Counted from the stretch's first letter, positions 1 to 8,622 are shown. The stretch is 32,000 bases of DNA from Bdellovibrionales bacterium (GCA_963692945.1 OY843585.1:1290001-1322000), one strand, 5' to 3'. Notes: generated by a model from the sequence alone, not told the origin. Translations and numbers: made by a program.

Positions 1-164
1 TGAAGAAATGTTCTTCCGTCTTTGTCTCTGCTATTAGGATCTGCTCCTGCTTTTAAAAGAAGATCTACTTTTTTTGCATTTTCATCTCTAGTCGCTTTAT
101 GAATCTCTTCAGCTATAACAAGAGAATTAAAAAGAAAAAAAATTGAAATTAAAAACATTTTCAT
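1..164 (-). CDS. Ankyrin-repeat protein, family 1 paralog (5' part only; gene runs off the left edge)
   Basis: Absent from the ORF track because no stop lies in the window. The reverse complement of 1-164 reads ATG AAA ATG TTT..., giving MKMFLISIFFLFNSLVIAEEIHKATRDENAKKVDLLLKAGADPNSRDKDGRTFL. This is the same signal peptide and AEEIH..RD.N leader as the complete paralogs. It is preceded by the same 42-bp junction (165-206). Confidence 0.85.
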   Translation of the reverse strand, partial: MKMFLISIFFLFNSLVIAEEIHKATRDENAKKVDLLLKAGADPNSRDKDGRTFL

Positions 165-206
165 AATAATTTAACACCTAAAAAATAATTAACTAACAAA
201 AACATT

Positions 207-1580
207 TTAAAAACTCTCACGACATTTAGAAACAGAAGAAGTTTCATTTTTTTCATTTGCACTAAGCTTGTTTTTAAGAAATTTAACAACTTCTGAACGC
301 CCGTAAAAACTTGCTTGCTGAAGAGCTGTTCTTCCATTTTTGTCTTTGGCATTAATATCAGCACCGTATTCAAGAAGAAGTTTAACAACTTCTAAATTCC
401 CTTTACCACTTGCTTTATGAAGAGCTGTATTCCCATATTTGTCTTTGGCATTAATATCAGCACCGTGTTCAAGAAGAAGTTTAACAATAACAAGTTTTGG
501 ATCTCCTTTATAACTTGCATTATGAAGAGTTGTATTGCCATATCTGTCTTTGGCATTAATATCAACACCTCTTTCAAGAAGAAGTTTAATAACTTCTAAA
601 TGACCTTTACGACTTGCTTGAAAAAGAGCTGTATTGCCATTTTTGTCCTTGGCATTCATATCAGCACCTCCTTTAAGAAGAAGTTTAACAACTTCTAAAT
701 CCCCTTTAAAACTTGCGTTATGAAGAGCTGTATTTCCATATTTGTCTTTGGCATTAATATCAGCACCTCTTTCAAGAAGAACTTTAACAACTTCTGAACG
801 CCCGTAAAAACTTGCTTTATGAAGAGCTGTATTTCCACTTCCATCTTTAACATTAATATCAGCACCGTATTCAAGAAGAACTTTAACAACTTCTAAATAA
901 CCTTTAACACTTGCGTTATGAAGAGCTGTATTTCCATTTTCGTCTTTTCTAGCATGGATATCAACACCTCTTTCAAGAAGAAATTTAACAACTTCTAAAT
1001 CCCCTTTAAAACTTGCGTTATGAAGAGCTGTGCTTCCATATTTGTCTTTAGCATTAATATCAGCATCTCTTTCAAGAAGAACCTTAACAACTTTTGGATG
1101 ACCTCTAAAACTTGCTTTATGAAGAGATGTATTACCATTTTTGTCTTTGGCCTGGAGACCAGCACCGTGTTCAAGAAAAACTTTAACAACTTCTAAATGC
1201 CCGTTAAAACTTGCGTTATGAAGAGATGTATTGCCATTTTTGTCTTTGGCATGGATATCAACACCTCCTTCAAGAAGAAGTTTAACAACTTCTAAATTTC
1301 CGTTAAAACTTGCATTATGAAGAGCTGTCTCGCCATATCCGTTTTTGGCATGAATATCAACACCGTGTTCAAGAAAAACTTTAACAACTTCTGAACGCCC
1401 GTAAGCACTTGCTTCATGAAGAGCTGTCTTTCCATGTCCGTCTTTTATATTAGGATCTACTCCTGCTTTTAAAAGAAGAGATACTTTTTTTGCATTTCCA
1501 TCTCTAGCCGCTACATGAATCTCTTCAGCTATAACAAGAGAACTAAAAAGAAAAAAAATTGAAATTAAAAAGATTTTCAT
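207..1580 (-). CDS. Exported ankyrin-repeat protein, family 1 (457 aa)
   Basis: ATG start at 1578-1580. N-terminus MKIFLISIFFLFSSLVIA|EE looks like a Sec signal peptide. About 12 copies of the 33-aa ANK consensus G.TALH.AS..G.LEVVK.LLE.GADI.AKD. Conserved tail ANEKNETSSVSKCRESF. Confidence 0.92.
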   Translation of the reverse strand: MKIFLISIFFLFSSLVIAEEIHVAARDGNAKKVSLLLKAGVDPNIKDGHGKTALHEASAYGRSEVVKVFLEHGVDIHAKNGYGETALHNASFNGNLEVVKLLLEGGVDIHAKDKNGNTSLHNASFNGHLEVVKVFLEHGAGLQAKDKNGNTSLHKASFRGHPKVVKVLLERDADINAKDKYGSTALHNASFKGDLEVVKFLLERGVDIHARKDENGNTALHNASVKGYLEVVKVLLEYGADINVKDGSGNTALHKASFYGRSEVVKVLLERGADINAKDKYGNTALHNASFKGDLEVVKLLLKGGADMNAKDKNGNTALFQASRKGHLEVIKLLLERGVDINAKDRYGNTTLHNASYKGDPKLVIVKLLLEHGADINAKDKYGNTALHKASGKGNLEVVKLLLEYGADINAKDKNGRTALQQASFYGRSEVVKFLKNKLSANEKNETSSVSKCRESF

Positions 1581-1623
1581 AATAATTTAACACCCTATAA
1601 AAAAATTAACTAACAAAAACATT

Positions 1624-2862
1624 TTAAAAACTCTCACGACATTTAGAAGAAGTTTCATTTTTTTGATTTGCACTAAGCTTGTTTTTAAGAAGTTTAACAA
1701 CTTCTGAACGCCCATAAAAACTTGCGTGCTGAAGAGCTGTTCTTCCCTTTTTGTCTTTGCCATTAATATCAGCACCTCCTTCAAGAAGAACTTCAACAAC
1801 TTCTAAATAACCTTTACCACTTGCTTTATGAAGAGCTGTATTTCCATATATGTCTTTAGCATGGATATCAGCACCGTATTCAAGAAGAATTTTAACAACT
1901 TTTAGATCTCCTTTAAAACTTGCGTTATGAAAATCTGTATTGCCATATTTGTCTTTAGAATGGATATCAGCACCGTATTCAAGAAAAAGTTTAATAACTT
2001 CTAAATAACCTTTACGACTTGCTTGATGAAGAGCTGTATTTCCACCTCTATCTTTGGCATTAATATCAGCACCTCCTTTAAGAAGAACTTTAACAGTTTC
2101 TAAATAACCTTTAACACTTGCTTTATGAAGAGCTGTATTGCCATATTTGTCTTTAGCATTAATATCAGCACCTCCTTTAAGAAGAACTTTAACAACTTCT
2201 GGATGATCTTTAAAACTTGCTTTATGAAGAGCTGTATTTCCACCTCTATCTTTGGCATTCATATCAGCACCTCCTTCAAGAAGAACTTTAACAACTTTTA
2301 GATCTCCTTTAACACTTGCTTTATGAAGAGCTGTATTGCCATACTCGTCTTTGGCATGGATATCAGCATCGTGTTCAAGAAGAAGTTTAACAACTTCTGG
2401 ATGACCTTTAAAACTTGCGTTATGAAGAGCTGTATTGCCATTTTTGTCCTTGGCATTCATATCAGCACCTCTTTCAAGAAGAAATTTAACAAGATCTGGA
2501 TGACCTTTAAAACTTGCTTGATGAAGAACTGTATTGCCATATTTGTCTTTAGCATTAATATCAGCACCGTGTTCAAGAAAAACTTTAACAACTTCTAAAT
2601 TCCCTCTAAAACTTGCTTGATGAAGAGCTGTTCTTCCGTCTTCGTCTTTTATATTAGGATCTATTCCTTCTTTAAAAAGAAGAGATACTTCTTTTGTATT
2701 TCCATCTCTAGTCGCTACATGAATCTCTTCAGCTGTATTTCCATCTCTAGTCGCTACATGAATCTCTTCAGCTCTATTTCCATCTCTAGCCGCTCTATGA
2801 ATCTCTTCAGCTATAACAAGAGAATTAAAAAGAAAAAAAATTGAAATTAAAAAGATTTTCAT
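1624..2862 (-). CDS. Exported ankyrin-repeat protein, family 1 (412 aa)
   Basis: Same signal peptide, ANK consensus repeats and KCRESF tail. The N-terminal leader AEEIH.A.RDGN. is triplicated (39-bp tandem repeat at 2695-2811). Confidence 0.92.
   Translation of the reverse strand: MKIFLISIFFLFNSLVIAEEIHRAARDGNRAEEIHVATRDGNTAEEIHVATRDGNTKEVSLLFKEGIDPNIKDEDGRTALHQASFRGNLEVVKVFLEHGADINAKDKYGNTVLHQASFKGHPDLVKFLLERGADMNAKDKNGNTALHNASFKGHPEVVKLLLEHDADIHAKDEYGNTALHKASVKGDLKVVKVLLEGGADMNAKDRGGNTALHKASFKDHPEVVKVLLKGGADINAKDKYGNTALHKASVKGYLETVKVLLKGGADINAKDRGGNTALHQASRKGYLEVIKLFLEYGADIHSKDKYGNTDFHNASFKGDLKVVKILLEYGADIHAKDIYGNTALHKASGKGYLEVVEVLLEGGADINGKDKKGRTALQHASFYGRSEVVKLLKNKLSANQKNETSSKCRESF
2695..2811. 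repeat. 3 x 39-bp in-frame tandem repeat encoding AEEIH.A.RDGN.
   Basis: Units 2695-2733, 2734-2772 and 2773-2811 (tgtatttccatctctagtcgctacatgaatctcttcagc and close variants). Confidence 0.9.
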
Positions 2863-2905
2863 AATAATTTAACACCCTAAAAAATGATTAACTAACAAAA
2901 ACATT

Positions 2906-4369
2906 TTAAAAACTCTCACGACATTTAGAAACAGAAGAAGTTTCATTTTTTTCATTTGCACTAGCCTCGTTTTTAAGAAGTTTAACAACTTCTAAATGAC
3001 CTTTAAAACTTGCTTGCTGAAGAGCTGTTCTTCCATTTTTGTCTTTGGCATTAATATCAGCACCGTATTCAAGAAGAAGTTTAACAGCTTTTGGATGACC
3101 TTTAAAACTTGCTACATGAAGAGCTGTATTGCCATGTATGTCCTTAGCATGGATATCAGCACCGTATTCAAGAAAAATTTTAACAACTTCTAAATAACCT
3201 TTACCACTTGCTTGATGAAGAGCTGTATTTCCATATCCGTCTTTGGCATTAATATCAGCACCTCTTTCAAGAAGAAATTCAACAACTTTTGGATGACCTT
3301 TATAACTTGCACTATGAAGAGCTGTATTTTTACCTCCATCTTTTACATGAATATCAATACCTCCTTCAAGAAGAACTTTAACAACTTCTGGATGACCTTT
3401 ACCACTTGCTTGATGAAGAGCTGTATTTCCATATCCGTCTTTGGCATTAATATCAGCACCTCCTTCAAGAAGAACTTCAACAACTTTTGGATGACCTTTA
3501 AAACTTGCTGCATGAAGAGCTGTATTGCCATGCATGTCTTTAGCATCAATATCAGCACCTCTTTCAAGAAGAACTTTAACAACTTCTGAACGCCCGTTAA
3601 CACTTGCTTTATGAAGAGCTGTATTGCCATATTTGTCTTTGGCATGGATATCAGCACTTTCTTCAAGAAGAACTTCAACAACTTCTGGATGACCTTTATA
3701 ACTTGCGCTATGAAGAACTGTCTTTCCATATCCGTCTTTTGCATTAATATCAGCACCTCCTTTAAGAAGAACTTTAACAACTTCTGAACTCCCAAAAACA
3801 CTTGCTTTATGAAGAGCTGTATTGCCATATTTGTCTTTGGCCTGGAGATCAGCACCGTGTTCAAGAAGAACTTTAACAACTTCTGAACGCCCGTAAATAA
3901 TTGCTTGATGAAGAGCTGTATTGCCATATATGTCTTTTGCATGGATATCAACATCTCCTTTAAGAAGAAGTTTAACAAGTTCTGGATAATCTTTACCACT
4001 TGCTTGATGAAGAACTGTCTTTCCATATCCGTCTTTGGCATGGATATCAACACCTCCTTCAAGAAGAATTTTAACAATTTCTGAATGCCCGTAAAAACTT
4101 GCTTGATGAAGAATTGTATTGCCATTTTTGTCTTTTTCATGGATATCAGCACCGTATTCAAGAAGAACTTGAAAAACTTCTAAATTCCCTCTAAAACTTG
4201 CTTGATGAAGAGCTGTTCTTCCGTCTTCGTCTTTTATATTAGGATCTACTCCTGCTTTTAAACGAAGAGATACTGCTTTTGCATTTCCATCTCTAGCCGC
4301 TACATGAATCTCTTCAGCTATAACAAAAGAACTAAAAAGAAAAAAAATTGAAATTAAAAACATTTTCAT
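2906..4369 (-). CDS. Exported ankyrin-repeat protein, family 1 (487 aa)
   Basis: MKMFLISIFFLFSSFVIA|EE signal peptide, about 13 ANK repeats, tail ANEKNETSSVSKCRESF. Confidence 0.92.
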   Translation of the reverse strand: MKMFLISIFFLFSSFVIAEEIHVAARDGNAKAVSLRLKAGVDPNIKDEDGRTALHQASFRGNLEVFQVLLEYGADIHEKDKNGNTILHQASFYGHSEIVKILLEGGVDIHAKDGYGKTVLHQASGKDYPELVKLLLKGDVDIHAKDIYGNTALHQAIIYGRSEVVKVLLEHGADLQAKDKYGNTALHKASVFGSSEVVKVLLKGGADINAKDGYGKTVLHSASYKGHPEVVEVLLEESADIHAKDKYGNTALHKASVNGRSEVVKVLLERGADIDAKDMHGNTALHAASFKGHPKVVEVLLEGGADINAKDGYGNTALHQASGKGHPEVVKVLLEGGIDIHVKDGGKNTALHSASYKGHPKVVEFLLERGADINAKDGYGNTALHQASGKGYLEVVKIFLEYGADIHAKDIHGNTALHVASFKGHPKAVKLLLEYGADINAKDKNGRTALQQASFKGHLEVVKLLKNEASANEKNETSSVSKCRESF

Positions 4370-4411
4370 AATAATTTAACACCTAAAAAAAGATTAACTA
4401 ACAAAAACATT

Positions 4412-5281
4412 TTAAAAACTCTCACGACATTTAGAAACAAAAGAAGTTTCATTTTTTTCATTTGCACGAGCCTTGTTTTTAAGAAGTGAAACTACTTTTG
4501 AACGCTTGTAAACACTTGCTTCATGAAGAGCTGTATCGCCATATCCGTTTTTGGCATTCATATCAGCACCTCTTTCAAGAAGAAGTTTAACAACTTCTGA
4601 ATAACCTTCAACACTTGCTTTATGAAGAGCTGTATTGCCATGCTCATCTTTGGCATCAATATCAGCACCTCCTTCAAGAAGAACTTTAATAATTTCTGAA
4701 CGCCCGTAAATAATTGCTTGATGAAAAGATGTATTGCCATGTATGTCTTTAGCATTAATATCAACACCTCTTTCAAGAAGAAGTTTAACAACTTCTGGAT
4801 GCTCGTAAACACTTGCTTTATGAAGAGCTGTATTGCCATATTTGTCTTTGGCATTCATATCAGCACCTCTTTCAAGAAGAAGTTTAACAACTTCTGAGCG
4901 TCCGTAAGCACTTGCTTCATGAAGAGCTGTCTTACCTTCGTTATCTTTGACATGAATATCAGCACCGTATTCAAGAAGAACTTCAACAATTTCTGAACGC
5001 CCGTAAACACTTGCTTTATGAAGAGCTGTATTGCCATATCTTTCTTTGGCATTCATATCAACACCTCTTTCAAGAAGAAGTTTAACAACTTCTGAACGCC
5101 CGTAAGCACTTGCTTCATGAAGAGCTGTCTTTCCATGTCCGTCTTTTATATTAGGATCTACTCCTGCTTTTAAAAGAAGAGATACTTCTTTTGCATTTCC
5201 ATCTCTAGCCGCTACATGAATCTCTTCAGCTAGAACAAAAGAACTAAAAAGAAAAAAAATTGAAATTAAAAAGATTTTCAT
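4412..5281 (-). CDS. Exported ankyrin-repeat protein, family 1 (289 aa, shortest paralog)
   Basis: Same signal peptide (MKIFLISIFFLFSSFVLA|EE), about 7 ANK repeats, tail ANEKNETSFVSKCRESF. Confidence 0.92.
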   Translation of the reverse strand: MKIFLISIFFLFSSFVLAEEIHVAARDGNAKEVSLLLKAGVDPNIKDGHGKTALHEASAYGRSEVVKLLLERGVDMNAKERYGNTALHKASVYGRSEIVEVLLEYGADIHVKDNEGKTALHEASAYGRSEVVKLLLERGADMNAKDKYGNTALHKASVYEHPEVVKLLLERGVDINAKDIHGNTSFHQAIIYGRSEIIKVLLEGGADIDAKDEHGNTALHKASVEGYSEVVKLLLERGADMNAKNGYGDTALHEASVYKRSKVVSLLKNKARANEKNETSFVSKCRESF

Positions 5282-5324
5282 AATAATTTAACACCCTAAA
5301 AAATGATTAACTAACAAAAACATT

Positions 5325-6893
5325 TTAAAAACTCTCACGACATTTAAAAACAGAAGAAGTTTTATTTTTTTCATTTGCACTAACCTTTTTTTTAAGAACT
5401 TTAACAACTTTTAAATGACCTTTACGAATTGCTTGCTGAAGAGCTGTTTTTCCATTTTTGTCTTTAGCATTAATATCAACATCTCTTTTAAGAAGAAGAA
5501 CTTTAACAATTTTTAGATCTCCTTTAAAACTTGCTTTATGAAGAGCTGTATTTCCATTTTTGTCTTTGGCATTAATATCAACATCGTGTTCAAGAAGAAA
5601 TTTAACAACTTCTGAATGTCCGTTAAAACTTGCTTGATGAAGAGCTGTATGGCCAAATCCGTCTTTGGCATTAATATCAGCACCGTGTTCAAGAAGAAGT
5701 TTAACAACTTCTGGATGACCTTTTTCAACAGCTCGATGAAGAGCTGTATGGCCATATTTTTCTTTAGCATGGATATCAGCACCGTGTTCAAGAAGAAATT
5801 TAACAACTTTTAAATGACCTTTACGACTTGCTTGATGAAGAGCTGTATGGCCATATTTTTCTTTGGCATTAATATCAACATCTCTTTTAAGAAGAAGAAC
5901 TTTAACAATTTTTAGATCTCCTTTAAAACTTGCGTTATGAAGAGCTGTATAGCCAGATCCGTCTTTGGCATTAATATCAACATCGTGTTCAAGAAGAAAT
6001 TTAACAACTTCTGAATGTCCGTTAAAACTTGCTTGATGAAGAGCTGTATGGCCAAATCCGTCTTTGGCATTAATATCAGCACCGTGTTCAAGAAGAAGTT
6101 TAACAACTTCTGGATGACCTTTTTCAACAGCTCGATGAAGAGCTGTATGGCCATATTTTTCTTTAGCATGGATATCAGCACCGTGTTCAAGAAGAAATTT
6201 AACAACTTCTAAATGCCTGTTAATACTTGCGTTATGAAGAGCTGTATTTCCATATTTGTCTTTGGCATTAATATCAGCACCGTGTTCAAGAAGAAGTTTA
6301 ACAACTTCTGAACGCCCGTTAAAACTTGCGTTATGAAGAGCTGTATTGCCATTTTTGTCTTTTGCATGGATATCAACATCTCCTTCAAGAAGAAATTTAA
6401 CAACTTCTAAATTCCCTCTAAAACTTGCGTTATGAAGAGATGTATTGCCATACTCATCTTTGGCATTAATATCAGCACCGTGTTCAAGAAGAGCTTTAAC
6501 AACTTCTAAATGGCCTTTATGACTTGCTTGATGAAGAGATGTCTTTCCATATCCGTCTTTAGCATGGATATCAGCACCGCGTTCAAGAAAAACTTTAACA
6601 ACTTCTAAATTCCCTCTAAAACTTGCGTTATGAAGAGATGTATAGCCAGATCCGTCTTTGGCATGGATATCAGCACCGTGTTCAAGAAGAACTTCAACAA
6701 CTTCTGAACGCCCGTAATAACTTGCTTGATGAAGAGCTGTTCTTCCGTCTTCGTCTTTTATATTAGGATCTACTTTTGCTTTTAAAAGAAGAGATACTGC
6801 TTTTGCATTTCCATCTCTAGCCAGTTCATGAATCTCTTCAGCTATAACAAGAGAACTAAAAAGAAAAAAAATTGAAATTAAAAAGATTTTCAT
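5325..6893 (-). CDS. Exported ankyrin-repeat protein, family 1 (522 aa) with internal 399-bp duplication
   Basis: Same signal peptide and tail (..SSVFKCRESF). The block HGADIHAKEKYGHTALHRAVEKGHPEVVKLLLEHGADINAKDGFGHTALHQASFNGHSEVVKFLLEHDVDINAKD occurs twice. Confidence 0.92.
   Translation of the reverse strand: MKIFLISIFFLFSSLVIAEEIHELARDGNAKAVSLLLKAKVDPNIKDEDGRTALHQASYYGRSEVVEVLLEHGADIHAKDGSGYTSLHNASFRGNLEVVKVFLERGADIHAKDGYGKTSLHQASHKGHLEVVKALLEHGADINAKDEYGNTSLHNASFRGNLEVVKFLLEGDVDIHAKDKNGNTALHNASFNGRSEVVKLLLEHGADINAKDKYGNTALHNASINRHLEVVKFLLEHGADIHAKEKYGHTALHRAVEKGHPEVVKLLLEHGADINAKDGFGHTALHQASFNGHSEVVKFLLEHDVDINAKDGSGYTALHNASFKGDLKIVKVLLLKRDVDINAKEKYGHTALHQASRKGHLKVVKFLLEHGADIHAKEKYGHTALHRAVEKGHPEVVKLLLEHGADINAKDGFGHTALHQASFNGHSEVVKFLLEHDVDINAKDKNGNTALHKASFKGDLKIVKVLLLKRDVDINAKDKNGKTALQQAIRKGHLKVVKVLKKKVSANEKNKTSSVFKCRESF
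5468..6207. repeat. Near-perfect tandem duplication, period 399 bp (4 ANK units), inside CDS 5325-6893
   Basis: 5468-5534 is identical to 5867-5933 and about 5566-5808 is identical to about 5965-6207 by direct reading. A short divergent patch lies between the identical stretches. The track's shadow ORFs 5616-5813 and 6015-6212 have identical translations. Confidence 0.9.
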
Positions 6894-6982
6894 AATAATT
6901 TAACACCTAAAAAATGATTAACTAACAAAAAGATTTTCATAATAATTTAACACCTAAAAAAAGATTAACTAACAAAAACATT
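6894..6982 (-). pseudogene. Doubled inter-ANK junction with an orphan start codon: remnant of a deleted family 1 paralog
   Basis: A normal junction is 42-43 bp. Here junction copy 6894-6931 runs into gattttcat (orphan ATG at 6938-6940, reading ATG AAA ATC TTT TT as at every paralog start). A second junction copy follows at 6941-6982. Only the first 4-5 codons of a gene remain. Confidence 0.65.
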
Positions 6983-8548
6983 TTAAAAACTCTCACGACA
7001 TTTAGTAACAGAAGAAGTTTCATTTCTTTCATTTGCACTAGCCAAGTTTTTAAGAAGTTTAACAATTTTTAGATCTCCTTTAACACTTGCTTTATAAAGA
7101 GCTGTATTTCCACCTCTATCTTTAGCATAAATATCAGCACCGTATTCAAGAAGAACTTCAACAACTTCTGGATGGCCTTTATGACTTGCTTGATGAAGAG
7201 ATGTTCTTCCAACGTTATCTTTTGCATTAATATCAGCACCGTATTCAAGAAGAACTTTAACAACTTCTGAACGCCCAAAAAAACTTGCTTGATGAAGAGA
7301 TGTTTTGTCATATTTGTCTTTAGCATGGATATCAGCACCGTGTTCAAGAAGAAATTTAACAACTTCTGAACGCCCGAAAAAACTTGCTTGATGAAGAGCT
7401 GTTTTTCCATCTTTATCTTTTGTATTAATATCAGCACCGTATTCAAGAAAAACTTTAACAACTTCTAAATAACCTTTAAAACTTGCTTGATGAAGAGATG
7501 TTCTTCCATTTTTGTCTTTGGCATTCATATCAGCACCGTGTTTAAGAAAAACTTTAACAACTTCTAAATTCCCTATAAAACTTGCTACATGAAGAGCTGT
7601 GCTTCCATATCCGTCTTTGGCATCAATATCAGCACCTCTTTCAAGAAGAACTTCAACAATTTCTGGATGCCCGAAAAAACTTGCGTTACGAAGAGCTGTA
7701 TTGCCATATTTGTCTTTAGCATGGATATCAACACCGTGTTCAAGAAGAACTTTAACAACTTCTAAATAACCTTTACCACTTGCTTGATGAAGAGCTGTCT
7801 TTCCATATCCATCTTTGGCATGAATATCAGCACCTCCTTCAAGAAAAACTTTAACAACTTCTGGATAACCTTGATAACTTGCTATATGAAGAGCTGTATT
7901 GCCATTTTTGTCTTTGGCATTAATATCAGCACCTCTTTCAAGAAGAACTTTAACAACTTCTGGACGTCTGTAAGCACTTGCTGCATGAAGAGCTGTCTTT
8001 CCATATTTGTCTTTAGCATGGATATCAGCACCGTGTTCAAGAAAAACTTTAACAACTTCTGGATGGCCTTTATGACTTGCTATATGAAGAGCTGTATTGC
8101 CATTTTTGTCTTTGGCATTAATATCAGCATCGTGTTCAAAAAGAACTTCAACAACTTCTAGATGGCCTTTATGACTTGCTTGATGAAGAGCTGTTCTTCC
8201 ATATCCGTCTTTAGCATGGATATCAGCACCGTGTTCAAGAAAAACTTTAACAACTTCTAAATTCCCTCTAAAACTTGCGTTATGAAGAGCTGTTCTTCCG
8301 TCTTCGTCTTTTATATTAGGATCTATTCCTTCTTTAAAAAAAAGAGATGCTGCTTTTGTATTTCCATCTCTAGTCGCTTCATGAATCTCTTCAGCTGTAT
8401 TTCCATCTCTAGCCACTCTATGAATCTCTTCAGCTGTATTTCCATCTTTAGCCGCTCTATGAATCTCTTCAGCTATAGCAAGAGAATTAAAAAGAAAAAC
8501 AATTGAAATTAAAAAAAATCTATCTAAAATGAAAAAAAGAAACTTCAT
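6983..8548 (-). CDS. Exported ankyrin-repeat protein, family 1 (521 aa), first gene of the array
   Basis: ATG at 8546-8548 preceded by AAGGA 8 nt upstream. Divergent longer N-terminus MKFLFFILDRFFLISIVFLFNSLAIA|EE. Triplicated AEEIH..A.DGNT leader (8357-8473), about 13 ANK repeats, tail ..SSVTKCRESF. Confidence 0.92.
   Translation of the reverse strand: MKFLFFILDRFFLISIVFLFNSLAIAEEIHRAAKDGNTAEEIHRVARDGNTAEEIHEATRDGNTKAASLFFKEGIDPNIKDEDGRTALHNASFRGNLEVVKVFLEHGADIHAKDGYGRTALHQASHKGHLEVVEVLFEHDADINAKDKNGNTALHIASHKGHPEVVKVFLEHGADIHAKDKYGKTALHAASAYRRPEVVKVLLERGADINAKDKNGNTALHIASYQGYPEVVKVFLEGGADIHAKDGYGKTALHQASGKGYLEVVKVLLEHGVDIHAKDKYGNTALRNASFFGHPEIVEVLLERGADIDAKDGYGSTALHVASFIGNLEVVKVFLKHGADMNAKDKNGRTSLHQASFKGYLEVVKVFLEYGADINTKDKDGKTALHQASFFGRSEVVKFLLEHGADIHAKDKYDKTSLHQASFFGRSEVVKVLLEYGADINAKDNVGRTSLHQASHKGHPEVVEVLLEYGADIYAKDRGGNTALYKASVKGDLKIVKLLKNLASANERNETSSVTKCRESF
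8357..8473. repeat. 3 x 39-bp in-frame tandem repeat encoding AEEIH..A.DGNT
   Basis: Units 8357-8395, 8396-8434 and 8435-8473. Same unit as at 2695-2811. Confidence 0.9.
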
Positions 8549-8616
8549 AATTTACATCCTTGTTTAAAAATGGTTCAATTATCTAACATTACTTTAGAGA
8601 GATTTTCTAATTTTTT

Positions 8617-8622
8617 ATTATA
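8617..8622 (-). promoter_or_regulatory. Candidate -10 box (TATAAT on the minus strand) upstream of the ANK array
   Basis: Plus-strand attata at 8617-8622 is a perfect TATAAT on the minus strand, about 70 nt upstream of the ATG at 8548. No convincing -35 was seen. The background is AT-rich, so a chance match is likely. Confidence 0.2.

Noticed and set aside
207-224. C-terminal KCRESF as a CaaX prenylation box, which was tempting given the adjacent mevalonate operon and known prenylated bacterial ANK effectors.
   Set aside because: The Cys is at position -5 (-6 and -11 in family 2), not -4. The following residues (R-E-S) are charged or polar rather than aliphatic. It is kept only as an unexplained conserved Cys motif.
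161-8506. About 25 track ORFs of 60-272 aa on both strands inside the ANK genes (for example 417-599, 2323-2598, 3212-3589, 3343-4161, 5513-5806, 7784-8161), with monotonous translations such as MKSCIAI.VFGINISTSFKKKFNNF or FFLKEVLILMPKT.
   Set aside because: They are alternative-frame and antisense shadows of the 99-bp periodic ANK coding sequence. They have low-complexity composition and no independent start context. Each lies fully within a much longer ORF with clear ANK homology.
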